From Acidobacteriota bacterium (GTDB lineage Bacteria; Acidobacteriota; Vicinamibacteria; Vicinamibacterales; UBA2999), in NCBI GenBank assembly GCA_947482665.1, contig CANKJK010000001.1, forward strand, positions 294,457-358,456: a DNA stretch of 64,000 nucleotides, read 5' to 3'. The first letter of the stretch is position 1. Each line of letters starts with the position of its first letter. The position numbers were made by a program, and so were the translations under genes. Positions 39,854 through 48,699 of the stretch are shown piece by piece. The notes beneath the pieces are model-generated. The model made no database searches, was not told where the DNA came from, and saw nothing but the letters and a program-made list of their open reading frames with translations.

Positions 39854-40651
39854 TCAGGCGGAATTGGGCAGGGAATTGACGAGCCGGACGAACGTGTCGA
39901 TGCCCACCTGCTCCGGTCGAATCTGGGGGTCGAGGCCCACCCCCACGATTGCGGCTCGGGCCTCTTCGGCCTCGAGCCCCGTCGCATGGCGAAGCGCATT
40001 CAGCAGCGTCTTGCGGCGCTGAGTAAACACTCCGCGGACGACCTCGGTGAATCGTCCGGCGTCGTCCACGGGCGGGCGGGCGGCGTGAAAGTGCATCCGC
40101 ACGACGGCCGATCGGACCTTCGGCGGCGGCCGGAACGCGCCCGGGGGCAGTTCGAGCGCCAGTTCCACGTCGGCGGTCAGTGCAGCCTGCAAGGAGAGCA
40201 CGCCGTAGTCATGCGACCCGGGAGGGGCCGCCAGCCGGTCGGCCACCTCCCGCTGCAGCATGAGTGTGGCATCGGCAATGCGGCGCCCGGCGTCATGGGC
40301 CGCGAGGAGACGAAACAGGATCGGTGAGGAGATGTTGTACGGGAGGTTCCCGACAACCCGGATGGCGGTCGTGCCCGTCTCCACGCACACCGTCGCCAGG
40401 TCGAGTTGCAGAATGTCGCCGCGAATCAGCGTCACGTTCGTGGGGAGGCGCGGTTCGAGATCGTCCGCGAGGTCCCGGTCAATCTCGACCGCGATGAGCC
40501 GCCCCACATGCGGTGCCAGCGCAAGGGTGAGCGCGCCGCCACCCGGGCCGATTTCGAGGATGGTGTCATCGGGACGTGGATTGACCACTGCGACCAGTTT
40601 CGCCACCCAGGCCGGCTCGAGGAAGTGTTGTCCGAATCGCTTCCTGAGCAT
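39854..40651 (-). CDS. rsmA: 16S rRNA adenine dimethyltransferase RsmA/KsgA
   Basis: RKRFGQHFL, EIGPGGGALT, GNLPYNIS, QREVA, FRPPPKV.S, QRRKTL.N. Confidence 0.96.
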   Translation of the reverse strand: MLRKRFGQHFLEPAWVAKLVAVVNPRPDDTILEIGPGGGALTLALAPHVGRLIAVEIDRDLADDLEPRLPTNVTLIRGDILQLDLATVCVETGTTAIRVVGNLPYNISSPILFRLLAAHDAGRRIADATLMLQREVADRLAAPPGSHDYGVLSLQAALTADVELALELPPGAFRPPPKVRSAVVRMHFHAARPPVDDAGRFTEVVRGVFTQRRKTLLNALRHATGLEAEEARAAIVGVGLDPQIRPEQVGIDTFVRLVNSLPNSA

Positions 40652-41055
40652 CAGGCGTCCTCCGGGCCGCCCTCGCGGGCGTGCCAGAAGCGGGTCTCGA
40701 CCTCCTCGATCTCCTCTTCGCTCATCCCGAAATAGTGACCGACCTCATGGAGGAGGGTCTCCGCGATGATGATGCGCACGTCGTCGGCGTCGGCGGCATC
40801 CTCCTCGATGGGCTGTTGGAAGAGCGTGATGTGGTCGGGTAGCCGGTTGCCATCGTCCCAGTGGCGCTCGGGCAGGGGAGTGCCGCTGTAGAGCCCATAG
40901 AGCGAGTCGGGGGGCTCGACCTCCATCTCCTCGAGGAGAGACGCTGAGGGATGGTCCTCGATGACGACGGCGAGGTTCGTCATCGCCCGGCGGAACCGGG
41001 CAGGGATGAGCGCCACCGCCTCCTCAGCGAGCCGTGCGAACTCGGCGTGGGTCAC
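40651..41055 (-). CDS. Minimal zincin-like metallopeptidase (Zincin_1)
   Basis: LYGLYSG.P, PDHITLF, ETLLHEVGHYFG. Confidence 0.85.
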   Translation of the reverse strand: MTHAEFARLAEEAVALIPARFRRAMTNLAVVIEDHPSASLLEEMEVEPPDSLYGLYSGTPLPERHWDDGNRLPDHITLFQQPIEEDAADADDVRIIIAETLLHEVGHYFGMSEEEIEEVETRFWHAREGGPEDA

Positions 41056-41725
41056 GGCGTGGAGCAACAGGACCGAGGGTTCGGAAATAGGCGCACTGCT
41101 CTCGCACGGCGCAGCGGTCGCAGAGCGGTGCCGGCCGGCAGATGCGCCGGCCATGCAGGATCTGGGCGTCCGAGGCCAGGACCCAATGCGTGGCTGGCAG
41201 TAGGGCGCAGAGCGCCTCCTCGACCTTGACCGGGTCATCACTGTGTGCCAGACCGATGCGATTCGCCACGCGCAGGACGTGGCGATCGACCGGCAACCCC
41301 GGGACCCCAAGGGCGTGCCCGAGCACGACGTTGGCCGTTTTGCGGCCCACACCAGGCAGAGCCGTCAGCGCATCCAGGCTGGCAGGCACCTGGCCAGCAT
41401 GCTGGTCCACGAGTTGCTGCGACATGCCGATGAGAGACCGCGCCTTCTGCCGGAAGAAGCCCGTGGCGTGGATGATCGGCTCGAGGTCGTCGGGCGTGGC
41501 GGTGGCAAGCGCCGCGGCGTCGGGATAGCGGGCGAAGAGGGCTGGCGTGACGCCGTTGACCCGAACGTCGGTTGACTGCGCCGACAGCATCGTCGCCACC
41601 AGGAGTTCGAATGGTGTGCGGAAGGACAACTCGGTATCGGCGTTTGGATGCTGCCGGGACAGAGCATCGATGACAGCCATCGCCGCCTTCGGCGTAAAAC
41701 CCGGGGTGGTACGCGGAGCCCCCAC
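41024..41725 (-). CDS. nth: Endonuclease III
   Basis: FELLVATMLSAQSTD, HhH LPGVGRKTANVV, VDRHV, C-terminal four-Cys Fe-S cluster. Confidence 0.95.
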   Translation of the reverse strand: MGAPRTTPGFTPKAAMAVIDALSRQHPNADTELSFRTPFELLVATMLSAQSTDVRVNGVTPALFARYPDAAALATATPDDLEPIIHATGFFRQKARSLIGMSQQLVDQHAGQVPASLDALTALPGVGRKTANVVLGHALGVPGLPVDRHVLRVANRIGLAHSDDPVKVEEALCALLPATHWVLASDAQILHGRRICRPAPLCDRCAVREQCAYFRTLGPVAPRRDPRRVRTAR

Positions 41726-41736
41726 GGTGACGCGGG

Positions 41737-42051
41737 TCAGTGGACCGGCCCCTGCTGGACGCTGGGATGCGATTCGGAGAAGACGCGCATGTGTTCCTGC
41801 AGGGCGGTAATGAGGCTGGGCACGAACTGGACGGGGACGGCCACTCTGGCGCGCACCGGAGCCTTCACCACATGGTCAGATTCGGCGCTGCGGACGGCCG
41901 CCTCGGAAAGCGGCATCACCTCACAGAAGGTCAGTGTGAAGTCGAAGGGGGTGTGGGCGATGGAGCAGAAGTTCGCGTAGATGCGCGGCTCCCCGGGCTG
42001 CTCGTCGGGAACGATGGTGAAGTTGATAGGGGAACGGGTGTCGTCGGCCAT
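41737..42051 (-). CDS. DUF3467-like small protein
   Basis: YANFCSIAHTPFDFTLTF...VRARVAVP pattern. Confidence 0.7.
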   Translation of the reverse strand: MADDTRSPINFTIVPDEQPGEPRIYANFCSIAHTPFDFTLTFCEVMPLSEAAVRSAESDHVVKAPVRARVAVPVQFVPSLITALQEHMRVFSESHPSVQQGPVH

Positions 42052-42072
42052 AGGCCGGCATTGTATCCGGCG

Positions 42073-42678
42073 TCAGTATTTCCGCATCACGCCGACGACG
42101 ACGCCCTGCACCTGTACCTGGTCCGGCGCCACATAGATCGGCTCCATCGTTGGGTTGGCGGGCTGAAGCCGTATACGGTCCTTCTCGCGGTAGAGCTTCT
42201 TCAACGTGACGTCAGAGCCCCCCATGAGTGCCACCACTGTTTCACCGTCGAGCGCCGTTCGGCGATCCTCGATGATCACGAAGTCGCCGTCACAGATCTG
42301 CTCGTCGATCATCGAATTGCCCCGGACGCGGAGCACGTAGCTGTCGCGCTTCCCGGCCAGGGCCTCCGGTACGGCGATCGTGTCCTCCGAGGCAATCGCC
42401 TCAATCGGGGTGCCGGCGGCGACAAACCCAAGGAGGGGGAGTTCGACGGCGCGCGAGGCGCTCCGGGCCGGGATGACCTCAACGGACCGGCTCCGGTTCC
42501 ACGCACGACGGATGAAGCCCTTGTCCTGGAGGTTCGTCAGGTGCTTGTGCACCGTCGCCAGAGAGGATAGGTGGAAGCGGCGGCCGATTTCCTCCAGACT
42601 GGGCGCGTAGCCATGCTGCTGGATGAAGTCATTCAGGTAGTCCAGGATTTCCCGCTGGCGCTTGGTGAGTGGTTGCAC
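42073..42678 (-). CDS. lexA: SOS repressor LexA
   Basis: LTKRQREIL, PSLEEI, VAAG cleavage site, GNSM serine, VTLK lysine. GGAGG RBS before the GTG start. Confidence 0.96.
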   Translation of the reverse strand: MQPLTKRQREILDYLNDFIQQHGYAPSLEEIGRRFHLSSLATVHKHLTNLQDKGFIRRAWNRSRSVEVIPARSASRAVELPLLGFVAAGTPIEAIASEDTIAVPEALAGKRDSYVLRVRGNSMIDEQICDGDFVIIEDRRTALDGETVVALMGGSDVTLKKLYREKDRIRLQPANPTMEPIYVAPDQVQVQGVVVGVMRKY

Positions 42679-42701
42679 GTCGTCCTCCCGAGAACGGTTG
42701 G

Positions 42702-42730
42702 ACTCTACGCGAATAAAGAGCGAAAATCAA
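42702..42730 (-). promoter_or_regulatory. lexA sigma70 promoter with an overlapping direct-repeat LexA-box candidate
   Basis: Minus strand TTGATT-N17-TAGAGT; TTTC-N7-ATTC (42711-25) lies in the spacer. Confidence 0.7.
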
Positions 42731-42733
42731 CTC

Positions 42734-43690
42734 GTGCTGCCCCCGCTGTCCACGCAATCCCGCACCTATGACGTGATCGGGCTCGGAGAGTCGAGTGTTG
42801 ACCTCCTGCTGACGATGGAGCGGTTTCCCGAGCCCGACGGCAAGATGCGGGCACTGGAACAGGCGCGGCAGCCCGGGGGCCAGATCGCGACGGCGATTCG
42901 CGCGGTAGCCCGTCTGGGATGGCGCGCGGCCTTCGCTGGGTCGGTCGGCGACGACGCGGACGGCCTCCTGCTGCATGACGCGCTGCGCTCGGACGGTGTG
43001 GATGTCTCCGCGTCACCGCGTGTGCGGGGCGCAACGACCCGGAGCGCCGTCATTCTGGTGGATCGCGCGCGAGGGACCCGCAGCGTGATCGAGCACCGGG
43101 ACCCGGCCCTCAATCTTCCCGTGACCACGCTGCCGGGGGCCGCCCTCAGCGCATCTCGTGTGTTGCTGGTGGACGGCACGGACCTCGTGGCTGCGGTTGG
43201 CGCTGCAAGGGTGGCGCGAGCGGCGGGCGTGCGCGTGGTGGTCGACGTCGACGAGGCCGTGGGCGACGGGGGTGATCTGCTGCGGCTGGCGGATGTCGTG
43301 ATCACGTCGGAGGGTTTCGTCAAAAGGGTAGGCCTGGGCAGCGTGGATGCCGGTCTCGCCGCGCTGGCCGAGGCGTGTCCTGGGGCGGCGCTTGTGTGTG
43401 CGACGCTCGGCCGTCGCGGGGCGCGGGGCCGCTCGGCGGGGTCGTGGGTGGCGGTGCCGGCCTTTGAGGCGCCGTGCGTGGACTCGACCGGCGCAGGGGA
43501 CGTCTTTCGGGCCGGATTCATCGCGGCGTGGCTCGGTGCGCAGGGTGGGCCTGACGCGGCGGACGCGTTGCGACATGGCTGCGCGGCAGCGGCGCTGAGC
43601 TGCGCGGCGACGGGAGCGCAGGGGAGTCTTCCCACCGCACGCGAGGTGCAGGCGTTGCTAGACTCAGGCCGCGTGGTGACAACGATATGA
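42734..43690 (+). CDS. PfkB/ribokinase-family carbohydrate kinase
   Basis: PGGQIATA, GSVGDDADG, TLGRRGA, DSTGAGDVFRAG. Start position approximate. Confidence 0.9.
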   Translation: MLPPLSTQSRTYDVIGLGESSVDLLLTMERFPEPDGKMRALEQARQPGGQIATAIRAVARLGWRAAFAGSVGDDADGLLLHDALRSDGVDVSASPRVRGATTRSAVILVDRARGTRSVIEHRDPALNLPVTTLPGAALSASRVLLVDGTDLVAAVGAARVARAAGVRVVVDVDEAVGDGGDLLRLADVVITSEGFVKRVGLGSVDAGLAALAEACPGAALVCATLGRRGARGRSAGSWVAVPAFEAPCVDSTGAGDVFRAGFIAAWLGAQGGPDAADALRHGCAAAALSCAATGAQGSLPTAREVQALLDSGRVVTTI

Positions 43691-44289
43691 GCGGCCTGGC
43701 ACGGGGAGGCGTGTGCGTGCTGGTGCTGGTGTGGGCCCTTCATGCGGGTATCAGTGCGGCGCCGGCGCCGACGCGCGAGCTCGCGGCGGCCTGCGCGCGG
43801 AAGATCGACGCCATCTCCAAGGGATCGCAGAGCGGCAGTGCGCCGCGGCGCACGACCATTTCCGAGGCCGAGCTCAATGCCTGGCTCGTCTTTACCGGCG
43901 CTGAGCGGCTCCCAGTCGGCGTCTCGGAGCCGTCGGTGAGCCTGCTCGGCGAGGGCCGCGCGTCTGGCCGTGCCGTTGTCGACCTGGACCTGATGGGCCG
44001 GAAGAAGGGCAGCGGGGGGCTCCTCGATCCGTGGAGCTATCTGGGCGGCCGTGTTCCGGTGCTGGCGACCGGTGCGCTGCACACGGAGGCGGGCGTAGGC
44101 CGGTTCGTGCTGGAGTCGGCGCAGGTATCGGGGATCCCCGTGCCGAAATGGCTCCTCCAGGAACTCGTCAGTTTCTACGCCAGGTCCCCGTCCCGGCCGA
44201 GAGGCGTCAGTATCGATGATCCCTTCCCGTTGCCCGTCGGCATCGACCGCCTGGAGGTTGGACCGAGCCAGGCGGTGGTGGTGCAGTGA
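43687..44289 (+). CDS. Exported hypothetical protein (possible LmeA/YpmS-like fold)
   Basis: Signal or TM helix; ISEAELNAWL motif; coupled to both neighbours. Confidence 0.6.
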   Translation: MSGLARGGVCVLVLVWALHAGISAAPAPTRELAAACARKIDAISKGSQSGSAPRRTTISEAELNAWLVFTGAERLPVGVSEPSVSLLGEGRASGRAVVDLDLMGRKKGSGGLLDPWSYLGGRVPVLATGALHTEAGVGRFVLESAQVSGIPVPKWLLQELVSFYARSPSRPRGVSIDDPFPLPVGIDRLEVGPSQAVVVQ

Positions 44290-46403
44290 GCGGGGGAGGG
44301 ACTCCGCCTGTCGACCCGCTGGCGCTTCGGCTGCAGTTCCTGAAGGGCGTGGGGCCGCGCAAGGCGGCGGACTTCGCGAAGGCCGGTCTCGAGACGGTCG
44401 AGGATCTGCTGTATCGCCTGCCGTTTCGGTACGAAGACCGCTCGCGCATGCGACCGGTGCGCTCCTTGAAGCCAGGGGAGCGGGCGGCCGTGTCGGGGAC
44501 GATCATCAGCGCGCATCTGCTCCGGACGCGCCGGCGCGGCTTCACCATCTTTCATGCCGTCCTGAGCGACGCGAGCGGGTCGATTCGCTGCACGTGGATG
44601 AACCAGCCGTTTCTGGCCGACGTCCTCGTGCCGCAGCTGTCCGTGGTCATTTTCGGCGACGTGCGTCTCGACTCCAGCGGCCTGCACTTTCTGAATGCGG
44701 AATATGAGGCCGTCGAGGCCGAGGACGCCGACGGGCGAACACCCCTCCGCACGGGCCGCATCGTGCCGTTCTATGAACGCACGGGCCAGGTCACACCGAA
44801 CATGCAGCGCCGGCTCGTGCGGGATGCCCTGGACCGATTGCCGCCAGTGCTGAGCGACCGGATCCCGCCTGAGGTCGTGGCGCGGGTGGGCCTGCCGGAT
44901 CGGCGCGAGGCATTTGAGGGAGCGCACTTCCCGCCGAATGAGGCGGATGTCGAGGCTCTGAACCAGTGCGCGACCGCCGCGCAGCGGCGTCTCATCTTCG
45001 ATGAGTTCTTTCTGTTTCAGGCGGGGCACGCCTGGCGCCGCCTGTCGCTCGCCGGTGAGTTGAAGCCCAGGCCGGTCGTGATGTCGGACGCGATTCGGGC
45101 GGCGGCCGCTCGCGTGCTGCCTTTCAAGCTGACGCCCGGACAGCGCACGGCCCTCAAGGAGATCGTCGACGACATGTGCCGGCCTGAGCCGATGCACCGG
45201 CTGTTGCAGGGGGACGTCGGTTCGGGAAAGACCATCGTTGCGTTGATCGCCGCGGTCGTCGCGATGGAGCACGGGCTGCAAGTGGCGTTCATGGCGCCGA
45301 CCGAGATCCTGGCCGGGCAGCACTATCGGAATATCGCGACGCTGCTGTCGCACTCACGCTTTCGCGTGGAACTGCTGACCGGAAGCACGCCGGCTCTCGA
45401 AAAGCGAGCGGCATACGCGAGCCTGGCGCGCGGGTCCACCCATCTGGTCGTCGGCACGCACGCCCTGGTGCAGGACGATGTGGCGTTCCGGGAACTGGGG
45501 TTCGTGGTCATCGATGAGCAGCACCGGTTTGGTGTCGCGCAACGCGCCGCACTGCGCGCCAAGGGCCTTCGGCCAGATGTCCTGTTGATGACGGCGACGC
45601 CAATTCCGCGCACGCTGGCCCTGACCGACTATGCCGAACTGGACGTATCGAAGATTCCGGATCGTCCACCGGGCCGCACGCCCATCACGACGCTGGTTCG
45701 GCCGGAGTCACGGCGCGATGAGGTGTATGCGCTTGTGCAGGCGCAGATCGCGGCGGGGCGTCAGGCCTATGTCGTGTATCCGCTCGTGGCCGAGTCCGAG
45801 AAGTCGGACCTGAAGTCGGCAACGGAGATGGCAGAGCACCTGCAGACCGAAGTGTTTCCGGCGTTCACCGTAGGCCTGTTGCATGGTCGGATGAAGGCCG
45901 ACGAGAAGGCGCAGGTGATGCAGGCGTTTCTGTCCGGACGGACGCATCTCCTGGTCTCCACGACCGTGATCGAGGTGGGCGTCGACGTGCCGAACGCGAC
46001 CGTCATGGTGATCGAGCACGCGGAGCGGTTTGGCCTGTCGCAGCTTCATCAACTGCGCGGGCGGGTGGGACGGGGCACACATGCGTCTACCTGTGTCCTG
46101 CTGTATCAATCACCGTGGACCGATGAGGCTCGGCAGCGGCTGCAGGCCATGCACGAGACCGATGACGGGTTCGTGATTGCCGAGCGCGACCTTGAACTGC
46201 GCGGACCCGGGGATTTCTTCGGCACGCGGCAGTCGGGCGTGCCGGCGCTGAGGACCGGAGACCTGGTGCGCGATCGGGACCTGATGGAACGGGCACATGC
46301 GGAGGCGCGGCAGGTCATCGCGGAGGCCCGTCTCCCGGAGTCGCTCGTGACATTCCTGCGAGACGAGTGGCCGGCGCGGTTCGGCTTCATCGAGGTGGGC
46401 TAG
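44286..46403 (+). CDS. recG: ATP-dependent DNA helicase RecG
   Basis: LKGVGP, wedge OB domain, QGDVGSGKT, DEQHRFG, TATPIPR, QLRGRVGRG, DGF.IAE.DL..RGPG. Confidence 0.97.
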   Translation: MSGGGTPPVDPLALRLQFLKGVGPRKAADFAKAGLETVEDLLYRLPFRYEDRSRMRPVRSLKPGERAAVSGTIISAHLLRTRRRGFTIFHAVLSDASGSIRCTWMNQPFLADVLVPQLSVVIFGDVRLDSSGLHFLNAEYEAVEAEDADGRTPLRTGRIVPFYERTGQVTPNMQRRLVRDALDRLPPVLSDRIPPEVVARVGLPDRREAFEGAHFPPNEADVEALNQCATAAQRRLIFDEFFLFQAGHAWRRLSLAGELKPRPVVMSDAIRAAAARVLPFKLTPGQRTALKEIVDDMCRPEPMHRLLQGDVGSGKTIVALIAAVVAMEHGLQVAFMAPTEILAGQHYRNIATLLSHSRFRVELLTGSTPALEKRAAYASLARGSTHLVVGTHALVQDDVAFRELGFVVIDEQHRFGVAQRAALRAKGLRPDVLLMTATPIPRTLALTDYAELDVSKIPDRPPGRTPITTLVRPESRRDEVYALVQAQIAAGRQAYVVYPLVAESEKSDLKSATEMAEHLQTEVFPAFTVGLLHGRMKADEKAQVMQAFLSGRTHLLVSTTVIEVGVDVPNATVMVIEHAERFGLSQLHQLRGRVGRGTHASTCVLLYQSPWTDEARQRLQAMHETDDGFVIAERDLELRGPGDFFGTRQSGVPALRTGDLVRDRDLMERAHAEARQVIAEARLPESLVTFLRDEWPARFGFIEVG

Positions 46404-46407
46404 GGGC

Positions 46408-46962
46408 GTGCGGGTGATTGCGGGTGACTGGAAAGGGCGACGGCTGGCCGCGCCGACCTGGGAGGGCCTTCGGCCCACATCGGACCGGCTGCGGGAGACG
46501 CTCTTTAATGTGCTGGCGACGCGCGTCCGTGGCGCACGCGTGCTGGATGCCTATGCCGGCACGGGTGCCGTGGGTCTTGAGGCGCTGAGCCGGGGCGCGG
46601 CGTGGGTGACCTTCCTCGAGCGTGACCCGCGGGCGGTTCGGCTCATCGAGCGGAACCTGGAGACCTGCCGGGCGGTGGAGGAGCAGCCCCGCCGGTATAC
46701 TGTGGACCGCGGGGATGTGACGCGATGGACGGGCGGCGACGGGTCGCTCTTCGATCTGGTCTGGCTGGATCCGCCCTATACAGATTCTGCTGCCGCGGCC
46801 CTGACGCAGTTGCGTCCCTGGGTGGCCGATGACGGACTGGCCCTTCTGGAGCACGCAACCCGACGCACGCCGGATGTTCCGGTGGGCTGGACCGTGACCC
46901 GGGTGCTCGCATCCGGTGACAGCGCGCTGACGTTCCTGCATCCGACCCCGGTATACCCATGA
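46408..46962 (+). CDS. rsmD: 16S rRNA m2G966 methyltransferase
   Basis: RVIAG..KGR.L, RPTSDRLRETLFN, DAYAGTG, EALSRGA, DPPY. Confidence 0.94.
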   Translation: MRVIAGDWKGRRLAAPTWEGLRPTSDRLRETLFNVLATRVRGARVLDAYAGTGAVGLEALSRGAAWVTFLERDPRAVRLIERNLETCRAVEEQPRRYTVDRGDVTRWTGGDGSLFDLVWLDPPYTDSAAAALTQLRPWVADDGLALLEHATRRTPDVPVGWTVTRVLASGDSALTFLHPTPVYP

Positions 46963-47462
46963 CGACACAGGCACCCCCACCCGGCCGGCTCGCGATTTAT
47001 CCGGGCTCGTTCGATCCCCTGACAAACGGGCACGTGGACATCATTCTCCGCGGGGCGCGCATGTTCGACCGGATTCTCGTGGCGGTGCTGGTCAATGCCG
47101 GCAAGCAGCCCATGTTCGAGGCGGTTGACCGCGTGAACATGGTGCGCGAAGTCTTCCGGGAGTATCCGAACGTCGAGGTCGACACGTTTGGTGGCCTCCT
47201 GGTGGACTACGCGCGGGAGAAGCGCGCGACCGTGATCGTGCGGGGCCTTCGCGCCGTGTCGGATTTCGAATACGAATTTCAGATGGCGCTGATGAACCGC
47301 CATCTGGAGCCGGCGCTCGAGACGGTATTCATGATGCCGGCGGAGCAGTACACTTATCTGAGTTCCCGGTTGATCAAGGAAGTGGTCAGCCTGGGCGGCG
47401 ACGTGCATGGGCTCGTGCCGCCGTTGGTTGAGGCCCGCCTGCGGGAGCGCCGCCAGGCGTAG
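46959..47462 (+). CDS. coaD: Phosphopantetheine adenylyltransferase
   Basis: YPGSFDPLTNGH, RGLRAVSDFEYE, SS.LIKE. Confidence 0.97.
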   Translation: MTTQAPPPGRLAIYPGSFDPLTNGHVDIILRGARMFDRILVAVLVNAGKQPMFEAVDRVNMVREVFREYPNVEVDTFGGLLVDYAREKRATVIVRGLRAVSDFEYEFQMALMNRHLEPALETVFMMPAEQYTYLSSRLIKEVVSLGGDVHGLVPPLVEARLRERRQA

Positions 47463-47491
47463 GCCCGGAAGTTGGCAGAGGGAGGACGAAC

Positions 47492-48691
47492 GTGGGAGTG
47501 ATCGCGGATCGGCTGAGTGCGATTTCGGAATCGCCGACGCTGAAGGTAGGGGCCAATGCCGAGAGGATGCGGCGGGCCGGGATCGATGTCATCGACCTGG
47601 GGGCCGGGGAGCCGGATTTCAACACGCCCGAGCACGCGAAGGCGGCTGCCGTGGCGGCCATTGCCGCAAACTTCACGCGGTACACCGCAGCCAGCGGTGT
47701 GCTGGAGTTGCGCGAGGCGATCTGTGCCCGCTATGCCGCCGACTATGGAATTTCGTTCAAGACGAATGAAGTGTCCGTGGCCGCGGGAGGGAAGCAGGCG
47801 CTGTTCAATGTGGCGCTGGCCCTCTACAACCCCGGAGATGAAGTCATCACCCACGCGCCGTACTGGCCGACGATTGTCGAGCAGGTAAAGATGGCGGGTG
47901 CGACACCGGTCATTGCCCGTACCAGTTCCGATGACGGTTTCGCCGTGCACGCGGATGCGATCATCGAACGCATTACGCCCAAGACGAAGGCCATTGTCAT
48001 CAACTCGCCGGGTAATCCCACAGGCGCGCTGATTTCCGAGGCCGAACTGGCGAAGATTGCGGACGTCGCCGGGCCGAAAGGGATCTGGATCGTCATCGAC
48101 CTCTGCTACGAGCAGCTGATCTACGACCGTGATCCCCACAATCTGCCGAAGGTCTTGTTCGACCGGATGCGAGAGCGCACCATCCTGTGCGGGTCGGCCT
48201 CAAAGGCCTATGCCATGACGGGGTGGCGCTGCGGGTGGACCATCGCGCCGGCTGAAGTGATTGCCGCCTGCAACACGATTCTGAGTCACGCGACCTCGAA
48301 CATCGCCTCAATTACGCAGAAGGCGGCGATCGCGGCGCTGACCGGGCCGCAGGACGACGTCACGCGGATGCTGGAGGAGTATCGGGTCCGGCGCGACAGC
48401 GTGCACGCCTGGCTGACGGCGCATCCCGCGATCAAGTGCGTGAAGCCCCGTGGCGCGTTCTATCTCTTCCCGGACCTCACGGGCCTCCTCTCGCCGGAGA
48501 TTCCGACGACCGGTCTCTTTGCCGATCGGCTCCTGGAGGAGGCGCATGTGGCGCTGACGCCAGGCGAGGCGTTCGATGCGCCGGGCTATGTCCGCATTTC
48601 GTATGCGACGTCGATGAAGAACCTCGAGGAAGCCTCGAAGCGTCTCCTGGCGTTCGCGGACAAGATCAAGCCCGCGCCTGCTGCGCGCTAG
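47492..48691 (+). CDS. aspC: Class I PLP-dependent aminotransferase (aspartate aminotransferase-like)
   Basis: GEPDF, GGKQAL, NSPGNPTG, SASKAYAMTGWR.G, GAFY, RISYA. Confidence 0.9.
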   Translation: MGVIADRLSAISESPTLKVGANAERMRRAGIDVIDLGAGEPDFNTPEHAKAAAVAAIAANFTRYTAASGVLELREAICARYAADYGISFKTNEVSVAAGGKQALFNVALALYNPGDEVITHAPYWPTIVEQVKMAGATPVIARTSSDDGFAVHADAIIERITPKTKAIVINSPGNPTGALISEAELAKIADVAGPKGIWIVIDLCYEQLIYDRDPHNLPKVLFDRMRERTILCGSASKAYAMTGWRCGWTIAPAEVIAACNTILSHATSNIASITQKAAIAALTGPQDDVTRMLEEYRVRRDSVHAWLTAHPAIKCVKPRGAFYLFPDLTGLLSPEIPTTGLFADRLLEEAHVALTPGEAFDAPGYVRISYATSMKNLEEASKRLLAFADKIKPAPAAR

Positions 48692-48699
48692 CACGGTGC

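Noticed and set aside
41105-41155. Nth Fe-S motif spaced C-X5-C-X2-C-X5-C instead of C-X6-C
   Set aside because: A one-residue loop variation with all four cysteines retained; too minor to be informative.
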